A stretch of 64,000 nt of DNA from Podarcis bocagei (Eukaryota): NCBI GenBank assembly GCA_964188305.1, contig OZ076889.1, one strand, 5' to 3'. Of the stretch, positions 37,644-50,063 are shown piece by piece (within the stretch, counting starts at the first letter, position 1; every line of letters starts with the position of its first letter). Below the pieces are notes generated by a model. The model saw only the letters and a program-made list of their open reading frames with translations, was not told where the DNA came from and searched no databases. The position numbers and the translations under genes are program-made.

Positions 37644-39265
37644 CATATGGAAGCAGTTTGCCTCTCCTGCAGGTTAATGTCTAAACTATGATTATCCAAC
37701 AGATAACAAGCTTATGTTTTTCCTCAGTAAATATGGTAAAGTGTAGCACCCCAAGTCCAAGCCCACCTCCTGTAATGGGAAGTTAGTCCTATTAAAACCA
37801 ACAGGACTTGTGCTGTTAAATGTATTGAGGAACTAGACACTGTGGGATACAGCTCTGGCTTTAGCAAATCCACAAGGAGATGGCCTTGGCATTAGTTTCT
37901 GTACAGAACCATCATGATGATTTGCCAACATCTTGGCAGAGTCAACAGTGATTGCCCTCTGGACGACATGCGTGTGAGTGAGAGATCATAATTTTGATAT
38001 TAATAAAATTCACATGACACCGAGTTATTCTGAATAATTGACTGATGTGTGATGGGTTGGTTCTGAAGAGTGTAGGGTCTTAATTTTTTAAGTGCACAGG
38101 ATGCATCTACAATGAATTGGGGAATAAAAGGGGTGTAGCTTCCGTGCTCCTTGCTTAATGTTATGCTAGCAACACTGCCTTTCTTCCCAAGACCCTCAGC
38201 TGTTCTTTGCTGCTGCCATTTGGCAGGCTCCTGGTGACTGTTTTTCTGGCTGGAATGGCAGAACCTAAAGCTGTTTGTTAACTCTCCTTGGCTATGTATT
38301 GTGGTTGTTTTTCGATGCATAAAATAGTTCCAAGATGCATCCATGACTTGTTTTTGGCGTTGCTCACTCCGTAGTATAGGTAACTGATTTCTTAATTCCT
38401 TAATGGATACTGACTGCTGATCAAATTCAGCTACTGATAGATGCCTCCTGGCTTCTGGCTTCCTCCACAGCTATAAGGCATCAACTTTATTGAAGAATGT
38501 GAAAAGGTTTCTTTAAAAAGAAGAGCTTAAGAAAAGACATCTTGCAGAACTAGCCAACCTGGTGCCCGATAGTATGGATCACAACTCCCATCATCCCTGA
38601 CCACTGGCCATGCTGTCTGGGGTTGATGGGAGCTGTAGTTCAAAACATCTGGATGGCACCATGTTGACTACCCCTGGTGTACTCTGATTTATACCTACTT
38701 GGCATTCCCCATTGATTGCCAGGGGACATTCTCTCAGGCAAGTGTGCATAGAACTGCAGTCTTAATGTGCCAGGATTGCCTTCTGGCTAGGAATTTGTTG
38801 ACACCACCAACCCTTCAATATCAGGTGGGAAGAAATATAATTCAAATCTGACTTCGTTTTACAATTTGAACACTTTCAATTTTCAGTTTTAAAACCTGAT
38901 TTTAAGAGATTATCATCTTGACTTTTAAGGATCAGCTTATCAGATTCAGGGATATAAAAATAGGTTTAGATTGGTTGGGTGGAGTTGTGTTTTGTTGCAA
39001 TAGTACGATTCTTGCTGTTTTGCTATGATTTGTAGGAGAGGTACAGTAACCTTACAAGGCTACTTGGATAATGTTGGAGATGTGGTGGAGGTGGGTAAGA
39101 AATGTGGACTATGTCAGCCATGTTTCATGAGAATATGTTAGTACCATGAAAAATTATCATCACCACCCAGTTTGGGACTTGGGACAAAAGCAGTGTTTTG
39201 TGACTTGAGGATATCTCTCAGAAATTGACCTACATGTAATCTTTCCTATGAAATAAGAAGAGACC

Positions 39266-39478
39266 CAGTGTAGTGTAGCAGTTATTGTGTCGGACTAGGA
39301 GCTGGGAGACCAGGGTTCAAATCCTCACTTGGCCAGGAAGCTCACTGGATGACGATGGACCTGCCAGTGCCTTCCAGCCTAGTCTACCACACAGGGTTGT
39401 TGTTGGGCTTAAATGTGGAGTGAGAGAACCATGTAAACAACCTTGAGCTTCTTGGAGAAAGAAATGGGCTATAAATGA
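39266..39478 (+). mobile_element. MIR-like CORE SINE, near full length
   Basis: CAGTGTAGTGTAGCAGTT..GGTTCAAATCC..CACAGGGTTGTTG..TATAAATG. Confidence 0.78.
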
Positions 39479-39889
39479 TGATGATGATAGTTATTCTGAT
39501 ATGAAGGTATACCCAAATAAGACTGACCAATCCTGTGTTTTAGATATCTCAGGCCAAATGCTGACATACTTTCCACATATCTACAGGATATCTAAGATGA
39601 AATAAAAAGAGGTGCTTCAGAGGTATTTAATATTTAGTTTAAAGGAGTTGTCTTGGTAATCCGGTACGGAAGGATTAGAGAGCTGAAAATGTTGAACAAT
39701 ACAAGCCTTAGCAGGGAATGCAGAAAGTATCTCCAGTGCTGCTGTGATGAACTTTAGGCAGAAACTTCAAAACTGAAGCAGCTTCTGGGAACACCAGAAA
39801 TAAGTGTTCCTAAATCCCTGCCTTGAGCAAGTTGGTGGTGCTAATCCCACCTGGGTCAAATATGCCAGCACAGGAGATAATAGAGGGAA

Positions 39890-40067
39890 GGGGCATGGCC
39901 CAGTGGTGGATCAAATGGTTTGCATGCAGAAGATTCCCAATTCATTCCCTGAAATCTATAGGCAGGGCAGAGAGAGACTCTTGCCTAAAATCCTGGAAAT
40001 CTGTTGCCAGTCAGTGCCAACAATAGATGGACTATTAATCCAAAGGTATAAGACAGATTCCTAGGTT
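39890..40067 (+). mobile_element. tRNA-derived SINE (Squam3-like), diverged
   Basis: GGGGCATGGCCCAGTGG...TTTGCATGCAGAAG...TGCCAGTCAGTG...TATAAGACAGATTCCTAGGTTC. Confidence 0.72.
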
Positions 40068-41704
40068 CTCCCCTACAACATCTCAGAAAAACATTCCCCT
40101 GTCTTGCTGTTTACAATAGTGAATGATATTCACAGAACATTCACTGGCAGGACAAATAGCAATTCAGACTTCCACCTAGTACTGGGATTGAAAGGTCTAG
40201 TAAGATGAGGAGCTAATATGGGAAATTCTGTTCATGATTTATAAAGAACTGCAAAAACTGGCTTGGTTGGAGTTTGGAGAAAGAGACAATGGAGTACCCA
40301 ATCCCTGTGCATGCTAATGGTATCTGGACATCCACATTAAAACACGTATATTTATATATTTTTAAAAATCCCTCTCCCTTTTCTGTTTGGAGATATTCAA
40401 CGTGGATGACAATAGAAAAGAACAACAAAGGAATACAATGATTCCATCTCACCCTAAATATTAAAACTGCACTAAAAATTGCATAACTTGAAACAGATAA
40501 CTTGAAGCACAAGTTGAAACAGATTCTGGTTTCTTATTTGTGGTTGCAATGGGACAAGTGCTGTCTGGAAGCTGAGGGGGAAGGGAAGGTAACAGGTGGG
40601 AACATTTCACCAATGAGAGAGCCTTCAGACACACTAGGGGTAAGGAGCTGGCTCTGGCCAGAGGACTGGATGCTTCCGTCTCCTAGACCCCACAGCCCAA
40701 CTATGACATGTGGGTGCAGCCTCCCACCTGCTAATCATCTGACAATACATCACAACTAAATACACCTTCCCATCAAATGGTTTCCCCCCAAAGACCCTGG
40801 AAACTGTAGTTTTCCCACCACAGAGCTACAATTCCCAGCACCAGTGACAAACTACAGTTTCCATGATTCCTTGGGGAAGTGACGTGCTTCAAATGTATGT
40901 TGGATGTGCTTTGACTGTATTGTGTTTCCAGGAGCTAACTATGGAAATGAGAAAACAGAGATGGATATTTTAGGGATGGTAAGGACTAAGGGAAAGGACA
41001 GGAGTAGATTGGGTGGGACAAAAGAGCGTTCCCATTGCTTTAAAGTTCAATTAGACTTTTTAAGAACTTGCCTTTTCCTTCATCTGAGCCTGTGGGAATA
41101 GTGAGTCATTCTCTTCTCCCCCCACCCCCCCACCTCTCTCTCATGCACAGATTTGTGTAACCCTCCCAGAATGCTAATACTACAACTGCAGATATAGAAA
41201 TCTTGTAATGTTGTACAAAGAAATGCTATACACAAAATTTAAAGGACTTGTGGAAATATGACAAAGTTTGGCCCTTGCCACTTTTGCCAAAATCGACAAA
41301 ATATAAGTTCTGTGTATCTGGGGCTACAAAACTCGCTAGATTTCGCATAATTGTTTTCCATAAAGATAACTTGATCTTCAGCTCTGCCTTTATACACTGC
41401 AGCTAGTTGGGTCTTAGGAGTTTGCAGTTTAGTTTTCTGCTAGAAAAGTCCTTACCATCCCTGTGCTTAGAGGAAGAACTGTGAGGGGAGAGACTTCCAG
41501 CCGTTCACCAGGCAAGGCCTTTTCCACCTGCCTTGCCCCCACCCTCCAGTCTCTGCTTCTCAATTTGTATTGTACTGTTTTATGCACTGTAACTTGCCGT
41601 TGCTTTTATTGATTATAATTTAGAAATTATTTATTGTAATTGTTAAGAGTGGATTTCTGTTTAATTTTGATATGCTGATATTTAATATTATATACTATTC
41701 TAAT

Positions 41705-42063
41705 GGGACACAGGTGGCGCTGTGGGTTAAACCACAGAGCCTAGGACTTACCGATTGGAAGGTCGGCAGTTTGTATCCCCGCAACGGGGTGAGCTCCCAT
41801 TGCTCAGTCCCTGCTCCTGCCAACCTAGCAGTTCGAAAGCACCTCAAAGTGCAAGTAGATAAATAGGTACCACTCCGGTGGCAAAGTAAACGGCATTTCC
41901 GTGTGTAGCTCTAGTTCGCCAGAAGCGGCTTAGTCATGCTGGCCACATGACCCAGAAGTTGTACGCCAGCTCCCTTGGCCAATAAAGCGAGATGAGCACT
42001 GCAACCTCAAAGTCGGTCACGACTGGACCTAATGGTCAGGGGTCCCTTTACCTTTACCTTTAC
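41705..42063 (+). mobile_element. Sauria SINE, full length
   Basis: tRNA-like head GGGACACAGGTGGCGCTGTGGGTTAAACC, central GTAGATAAATAGGTACC, tail (CCTTTA)n; TSD TACTATTCTAAT(GG) at 41693 and 42061. Confidence 0.92.
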
Positions 42064-44030
42064 TATTCTAATGGATTGTTGAATATTACTTTAATTGATA
42101 CTGGTTGCTTATTTTAAAGTTATGTTTTATCACTACATTTTTGTATTGGATTGGATTGTTACAAGGTGTACATTCTTTGTTTCCTCAGCTTTTAAACCAC
42201 CTTGGGTATAGTAAAATAGAAAGACGGTATACAAATTAAATGTGAAATGAAATGCTCTGCTACAGTTTCTGGGTAAAACTCCTGGGCAAGCTACACTTTT
42301 TTTCTTCTCTAAAAAAACCAAAATATATATACTTTGTATTGCCTTGTCTTTGTATTGGGAGACAATTGCAAGAAATGGGAAAAGCATCCATGATTTTTTT
42401 GGGGGGGAGCAAGCAAGTATTAAGGCTGAAAACCTTCCAAACTACTTTACAGTCAAATCTTCTGATCAAGACATCTGCCCTGACATTGAGCTCCAACAGC
42501 GATGGATGCCTGACTTGAACAGAGAGAAATGCGAAGGCTATAAGCCACCAGGGACAGAGACCATCCAGGGCTTCATCTGCTTAAGGTCTCTGTTTACCTT
42601 TTTATGAGTACAAGGACAGAGTGAAGACACAGCAGAGAAGAGACCACAAAAATTAATGGCGTAGGAGAGAGGGGGGAGGGGAGGGAATTAGTCATCCTCT
42701 AACAATGACTAGGAGAATATGGAAGGCAATGCATCAAAACGCAGCATATCAAAACCCAGAGAAATCAATTAAGGAAAAGAGCCAGAAAAGAAATGTCAGG
42801 GATATTCTGTGCCAGTAGGGCAAGGAGTATCTGCCAGTCAGGAAGGAGTATTATGAAGTAATGAGCCACAATTGCAGTTCTCCAGAAAGGCCTCCTAATG
42901 AACTGCTGTCTCTGAAACACTATTTTCTCCTATAAGCTAAGCCTGTTTAACAGGAATCATTACAGAAGGTGAGTCAGCCGTACAATACAATCCTATGCAT
43001 GCTTCCTCAGAAGTAAGCCTCACTATGCTCAATGGGGCTTACTGCCATGTAAGTGTGCTTACGTACAACTGTGTCCTTACTTACAGCTTTGAGAGGAGGG
43101 TGGGCTGTTTTACACATGGCATGCTACACTCTCTTAGTGCCTACATAGACCAGTTTCAAGGCACTGGTGTTGTCCCTGCTCCAGCCCTATAAAGCTGGGA
43201 CAAGGAGCTGGGGGAAAGACGAATCATAAAGCCACAACAGGACTGTAGTCTCCTTGGATAAGAAACACTGCTTGGACTACACTTAAAAGATGTATATTCT
43301 GACTTCCTATTTGCAGTAAGTAAACGTTCAAGGAGGCTTGCATCAAATCTTTCCTCTTAAAAACCCATCTAAATCGTTCACAACAAACAATATTCCTGTC
43401 TCAGAAATCATAAACCAAAAAGCACAGTCTTACAGAAAATGTAGTCCAAGGATTATTCATAACCAGAGTCCTTCAAAATTCTCAGTAAATAGAGCTGTGT
43501 TTTGAACAGGGTGCTTCAAGGAAATCAGCAATGGTGCTTGGTGAATATATTGGAGAGGGGGGTGGAATTGTTCACAGACCTGGAGTGGGTGTGTGAGCAA
43601 GGAAGGCGGAGACGGGCAAGGGAAGGGAAGAACAATGGCTTAGCAAAACCATCTCTCTCACACACACTCCTCTTCTTCCTGACCTTATTCTGTATTCAAC
43701 ACTAATGTCTCATAACAAATGTTACTGATCTGTAGAAAAGACTGTACAACTTGAAAAAAGAGACAAGGCAGGTACTTTTGTAAACCAAGAAAATATTTAA
43801 TAAAAAATTATTTTTTAAAAAACGCACAGGGATTTTAGGCCTGTCTTTGGTGTCCCTTAAACTGGAATAATCAAAACGTAAAGGAAACCAAGAGTGAACA
43901 GCAAAATAGTGTGGTGCAGAAAATTAAACCTTAGTTACAATGACAAGGCTATGCTGTTTTTAATGCAAAACAAGGCTACAAAAACAACGCCAGAACCTAG
44001 AAGCCAAATGAGAAATAGATTATGAGTCTC

Positions 44031-44091
44031 CTTGGACTAGATGACCCTCAGGGTACCTTCCAACTCTACAATTCTATATTTCTATGATTCT
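44031..44091 (+). mobile_element. CR1-type 3' tail fragment
   Basis: TTGGACTAGATGACCCTCAGGGTACCTTCCAACTCTACAATTCTAT..ATTCT. Confidence 0.75.
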
Positions 44092-47000
44092 CATAGTGAA
44101 GATTCAACATGATTATCATAATTGGCAAGGCCACTGCTGAGGGCAGGGCCTTGATAGGCTTAAATGGAATTTATGGGAATGTGGACTTGCTCTCTTAACA
44201 TCCCACTAGACAGCCTTAAACTCCCAGGACAGTCACCAGTCTTTGGCCTCTTTGGCCTGGCTGGCTGGGAGCTGAAGTATAAAGCTCTCTCTCCCCCCCC
44301 CCCGCCTCTTCGTTTAACCTGCAATGCCTAGAGAAGCTAGTGTCTTCCTTGTAAACTCTGTACGAACTGTTGGCAAAGAAGTCTCCCTTATCAGTGTCAA
44401 TGAGGGAAACACCTTAGGATGAGGCAGCAAGCAACAGCAGTATCCGCTAGAGAGCTAGCTGAATGCCCCCTGTCTGCTCCCATGCTGGAACAAAAAGCCT
44501 CAAAGAAGCTCCTTTTAAATATCCTAGTTCTGAAGCATTTGTTCCTGCTATGTACGTGAGGCTCTTGCTTCACTCTGAGGCTTTCCTTCATTAATCTACC
44601 TTCATGCAACATCAGAAATAACAGGCAACAAGAACTGCATAAGGGAAAGGTCTCTGCTATGGGACACAGAGTGAAGCTCAGAAAGCAAGTGAAATGGCAC
44701 ATAGCTGGTTCAATGTTGCCCGGGGCAATGATTTTTCTCTCAGCACTCATTCTTAAGGGCACCACCTCAAGGGAACCCATTACCAATGGTGGAGTTGTGG
44801 GCTCTAATAAGATATCAAGCTCTCTGACCATTTGGTAACGCTCCCAAGAGCTTCGATAATATGAGAGGACTTCTAAAATCTGCTTTTCTTCCACTCCTAG
44901 CCTCTGCTTTCTGCAGACTTTCTGCGGCCTGAACGTAGGGTTGTAGCCAATTATGCATTTTTAAAAAATTAAAAAATGTTTTTCCTTTTGTGCATATATT
45001 CATATTTATGCATCATCCTACCAAGCATGAGGGGTTTTTTTAAAAAATAAAATGCACACACCCTTTTTTCTCTTTCCCTTTCTCAGTTGTAGTCCACATA
45101 AGTGAAGGTACTCCCTCCACATAATATCCCATCAATCTGCACAACCTTTCACACCTGCCTCTACGAAACAAACCCAGTGCTACTCATACCTAGCTAATGA
45201 AACCAGTGGAACAAACCTCACCAACCCCTGCTGAATAAGAGAAGAAAGCTGCCATTCCTCAGCAACCACAAAGCATGCAGGGTCATTTGATTCCAAGTGG
45301 AGAACAGCTACTAGAGATCCCAAGAAAGGTAGGTGAAACAAGCACTCTTATCACAGTATGAGGAACAAAGGTTTTGCAGTCTGTATCTGACAATTGCTAG
45401 TTCTATCCATGTGCTAGCAGCTTTCTAACAGTGAGCATGTACAAATCCATAGTGCCTTTTTTTGGTCATTCTTTACCAATGCCATCATGTTTAGGCTCCC
45501 TCAATATTCTGCAAGCAACTTCCTGCTGCGCTGCTATTTTCGGCCCAGGGTCCTGTCTAGTTTCTTCCTCTAAGCCCGATCCTAAACTCAATTATGTCAG
45601 TACTCATTCCTGCAGTACTGCTCACAGTGGTCATATGTCTTATTTGAGAGAGGACAGACCACTATTTAAAGATGCCCTGTATTTTAGAGGTGAGGAATCC
45701 ATGGCCCTCATTGAACTCCAGCTCCCTTCAGCCCCGGTCAGCATTGCCCATGGTCAGGGAGGATAGAAGTTGTAACCACAGGGTCTCCACCCCTGCTCTA
45801 CTTGAAGGGCTGTCTAGTCCAAGTCCATTTTATAGAGAAGAAGGTCCTTAAAGTTCCCATCAACAGTGAACACATAAACAGCAGAGCAGAACGACCAGGC
45901 ACTCAAATCAGTTGGTCACATTCTTCCCCTCTACACTGGTTTCAATTTAAATCATCTCTGAATTTGCATCTATGTATATTAAATGAGCACATGCAAAGTT
46001 TATGCAGATTTGCTCTCTCTTCTTTGGTGATGCATAAATGGGCACCCTAACTTACCTCCACTTCACTTACCTCCACCAACTAAGCAGATTTAGCTAAAGA
46101 GAGCAAAGACACAGGAAGTCACAGGTTGCTTCTCACTTACTTTTTGTTTAACTTTCACCTCCTCTTGTTTAGACTCCTAATAATGCTCCCAAGAGGCAAA
46201 AGAGAAGTTCAAGCAATAATTTGCCACTCTACTCAATCTCTGATGTAAAAACTAGATGAGAAAGGGAATTATTTCCTTTTATAAAAAAAAATCAAGGAAG
46301 CATACCATGACAATATTTAGGGGTTGCATATTTCAGGATTTCTTCTGAAGAATAAATAACACTTGGGAAGTGGGTTGGAGTTGGGGTAACACATATGTAA
46401 TACCTGCCTCTCAACCCCAATCATTTACAACAGATGACCCACAATCAAAAACTCATGGGGGAAACCTGCTTCTGATCCTGCAGATGGGAGAAGAAGCTTA
46501 GCGTTGCCAGTGCTTATTTTGGGACATGGCTCCTGTGCTTTTAACAGCTGTGTGACAGAATGACAACCAGCAGGCGATGCTTCTCCTGCCTGACACTGTA
46601 TCACCACACTAGGAAAACATCCACTTCCTGAACTGCCTCTTATCTGCCTGCTAAACATACAGGAGTAAGTTGGCAGTTCTAAATAGACCATGTGCCACTT
46701 GTGTGCCTGTCACTAGATCAGAAAGAGACAAGATGGAATGAACAAAAGGATGCTGGACTTTCTAGATTCAGACATCCAGTCTGTCACCTTCCTTTACACT
46801 TTGGATTGCTTGCAAATCGGCTGAACTATCACTGGCCAAATCAATCACAGCAATAGTAGCTATCTGTTCAGGGCTCCCATACAATCAGTGCCGCCTTCAC
46901 AGTCAGCCATGCAATGTATTTTCACAAGCATCTGTGTTGTTTTCAAGTTAATTCATACTTCAGGCTGGTCTCAGCATGCTTCCTCATCCTCTGCCCCCTT

Positions 47001-49018
47001 CCCCACTTATTCAGAGCAGCCTTCTTAACAGCTGTGTGTGTATAAGTAAAGAGAAATGGACCAGGTGGCTTTGCTTGTAGCCAGATGGGCCAGTGACTGC
47101 ATGGGGAGCAGAAATATGTTCAGTTTAAATCCACAAGGGTTTATGTGAAATGTGGTCTGGGTAAAGGACAGTGATCCAACTGCTAGCAGCTAAGCAGGCA
47201 GGACCTGGCTTGGAAAGAGGAAGGAGGCTGGTGTTATAAAGCCCCGACGCTTTGCAGAGTCTTGTGGACTGTGTAAGTGAGACCACGTTCTACTGGACTA
47301 GAGGGTTAGGGATCTGTTGCTGCCTTCATGGTGCCACAGGTTCTGGGATCAAAGCGTTAGCACCTACCAGGAGGAATTAGACAAATAAATGGCTCCTTTG
47401 GCAATGATATGTTTACTGATTATTATTGAATTGAAAAGCATAAACCAAATGCTGACCTTACAAGTTTTTATTTAAGTTGTGCATCACAAACAAATGCCTG
47501 ATCATGGAGCTCTGGAGTGTGTGGTCTATGCTAGAATATGCAAGCACTTCAGTTATTTGATCCAGAAAGCGATGGCTGAAGCTGCAAGCCTCCAAGCTGC
47601 CTCTCGCCCACTCAGCTGCAAAAAACAACAACCCAGTGGCACCTACTGAAGATGAAGGCTTTTCAGAAAACAGCAGCAGAGCCCACTTTCTCAAAAGCAT
47701 GTTGCACTAGCCTCAGTTGGCAGGCTGTCAATGCACAGCACACACAAACAGGTGTAGAGAAGAGGCGTTTGGCCCCAACCCCACTCTTTACAGACAAGCT
47801 GTGAAATGCAAAGGCTAGAATGGCATCTTATTGCCTGGGTCGGAGCATTAGCAGATGGTTGGACATGATGCCGGATGGATCTGGTGCAATCACAAGCAGA
47901 GATGCTCTGGATAGAAAGGGCAAACAGTTCTCATATTTAAAACTGTCGTTTTAGCAACTCATTCATTCAGCCTTGACGCCGAAGAAGTTGAAACTTGCAT
48001 AGGTCAGGCCTGCACAACTTGTCACCCTTCTCGTCAAATGAAGGCAAGTAGTGCAGCCTCCCAGGTTCCTGACAACTTTCCTCTCGCCCCCCCCCCCCCC
48101 AGGCTCTTAGTAAACTTCCAGGCAGGAAGAAAAACCAAGTGAGTGATCTAGTGCTTGATGGGCTACCTTACAAAACTAAGGAGCTCCATTCAGCCTGGTG
48201 GGTCACAAAGTTGTCTGGGTTTGCTCCAGATCCGAATGAAATACAAAATCAGTAAAGATTGGGACTGTCTGGGCACTTATCCGTTCTGTTACCTGAAGGC
48301 CATCCCATCAAGCAGCCCCCACCCCAACAGCCTCTTCTACAGTTACTGTACATACTGCTCTACGAAGGGTGGGTGGGTGTCCAAAGTGGCTTAATAGCCT
48401 TGGAGAGAGAAAAATACAAGAGCAGAAGCCAGCGCTCCCTTCTCTCTGGAGCCCTAATGAGGAGACAGACTCTGCTTGCAGTAGGAAAACTCAAACTGAT
48501 CCCATCCTATTGCTTCGCTCCCTGCCCTTGATCTCTTCCAGTTCAGGTGTGGGTGGTCGTTTCGACACCGCTTTCTTTGGTCACACCTACGTGGCACCGG
48601 TTCAGAAAAGCAAGTCAAAAAAACCTGGGCCCTCCTGCCACCACTTCTTCCGACACCCCTTGCAAAGCATCGCAGATAAACACGTTTTCAACAGGGACCG
48701 CACCCCATCCCGCCGCCAACCCTTCCCTTGTCACTGACTGGCGACGCTCTTGGGCACCTCTCCCTTGGCACCGGCAGCCCCTTCCCTGGCATCCGTGCCA
48801 TGCCCGTGCCATGCGCCCACGCCAAACCCGTTGCCATCACTAGACAGCCCTGCTCGGGTGCGGCGGCGTGGCTGAACGACTGATGTCATGATCTCCATCT
48901 CTCTCTCTCGCTCCCCTCCCCCTAGACTGAAAGTTAGCTTGCACCTTCCGAAGCAGCCCAAATCTTGGGAACAGAGTCAGGGGAGCCTAAAAGGACACCC
49001 CGCGCCCCCTCCTCCTAC

Positions 49019-49230
49019 CTTGGGCAGAGAGAGTGGCTGGATCGGCACGTGTGTGCGCGTGTGGCGTGCCTGGGCGAGGAGAGCCCGGGAGCTCTCGATG
49101 CAGCAGCAGCAGAAGCAGCAGCAACCTTCCTCTCTGCCGCCTGCCCTCCTTCTGCAGGTGAGCCTTCGCCTTGTGCTGCTGCCTGCCTGCCTGTGTTATG
49201 TGTGCGCGCCCTGAGCCACTGCAGCATCTC
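49019..49230 (-). other. CNTN2: Putative non-coding exon 1 (5'UTR) of CNTN2; TSS approximate
   Basis: Lies in the only clear CpG island upstream of exon 2; minus-strand donor CCAGCCACTCTCTCTGCCCAAG|gtagga; its 3' end resembles the end of human CNTN2 exon 1 as I recall it. Confidence 0.65.
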
Positions 49231-49312
49231 TGCATTAGGATGTGCTCCTCCCTTCCCCTCCCTTTCCCTGCGCGCTCCCTCTCCGCCCCCCCCCTGCAAC
49301 GTTCCAGGGACC

Positions 49313-49313
<1 letters not shown>

Positions 49314-49376
<63 letters not shown>
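49314..49376. repeat. (AG)~31 microsatellite in the promoter region
   Basis: Direct reading. Confidence 0.97.
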
Positions 49377-49378
<2 letters not shown>

Positions 49379-49887
49379 TGGGGGCACCCCCTCCCTCCCC
49401 CCTCTCCGCCGTTACCTCATTTGCCAGGACCAGTCAGCGCCTGCGAGAGTGACTTGCAAGCAGCATCCATAATGCGTGGTCTTCCTCAGCTGGCGCGGCT
49501 GCTCCCAGCTCAGACGGTCCCTTGCAACACTTGGGTGGGCGGGAGGTCGGCTTGCCCTGGGCGCACCCCGTGGTGAGGGCTGCGGGGGGCGGGGGACGGG
49601 GACATATGGTCGCGCGGGGCACGAGAGGAGGGGAATCTCCGGCTCGGCCCCTCCCCTGCCCGTTTACATTCTTAGGCAATTCGAGATGGCGAAAGAAACC
49701 CAGACTTCCAACCCCGCCCACCTCCGGCAAATATTTAATTCCATAATTGCGTGTGTGGCACAGGATATAATTTGCGGCGTGGAAGGGCCAGCCTCGGAGG
49801 CGCACATCCTGCTGAAAGGCGATTTCCCATCTCTGGCTAGCATTCTGCAAGTGCTGCTGCTGGGCCTGTTTACAAGGATACCTGTAT

Positions 49888-50063
49888 CATAGGAGCCAAC
49901 TATTAGGAGCCAAGAGGCATTTGCTCCCCCTAAAATATTTGAGGGAGCCACGCCTCCCCCAAAGTTGATGGGCATTGCCATTCAAATGGTGTGCATGCAC
50001 CACGTTATGTGGGACAGGGCTTACCTGGGCTTCCCCAATATTTTATTCTAGTTGGCACCCTTT
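49888..50063. mobile_element. hAT-like MITE just upstream of the CNTN2 promoter
   Basis: TIR-like CATAGGAGCCAACT / AGTTGGCACCCTTT; partial TSD ACCTGTAT/ACCTAAAT. Confidence 0.55.

Larger units (their letters stand above)
1..49230 (-). other. CNTN2: Contactin-2 (TAG-1/axonin-1) gene, 5' portion (putative exon 1 to exon 13; continues beyond window start)
   Basis: 12 coding exons with GT-AG boundaries and compatible phases give 560 open codons matching recalled contactin-2 motifs ([70 protein letters not shown]). The 5' limit is approximate. Confidence 0.96.
48550..49830. promoter_or_regulatory. CpG island / probable CNTN2 promoter
   Basis: Marked rise in GC and CpG, with GC-box-like runs and G-tracts, against a CpG-poor background. 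Confidence 0.75.

Noticed and set aside
44397-44894. 165-aa minus-strand ORF
   Set aside because: Non-ATG start, no recognisable homology, lies within intron 1.
49125-49163. Plus-strand polypyrimidine-CAG|GTGAG (donor or recursive-splice-like site) suggesting a divergent gene
   Set aside because: No downstream plus-strand coding exon was found in the remaining 15 kb. An antisense lncRNA cannot be excluded but has no support.
48888-49892. Cluster of ORFs with poly-Q, poly-A and (ER)n tracts
   Set aside because: By-products of the GC-rich island and CAG/AG microsatellites.
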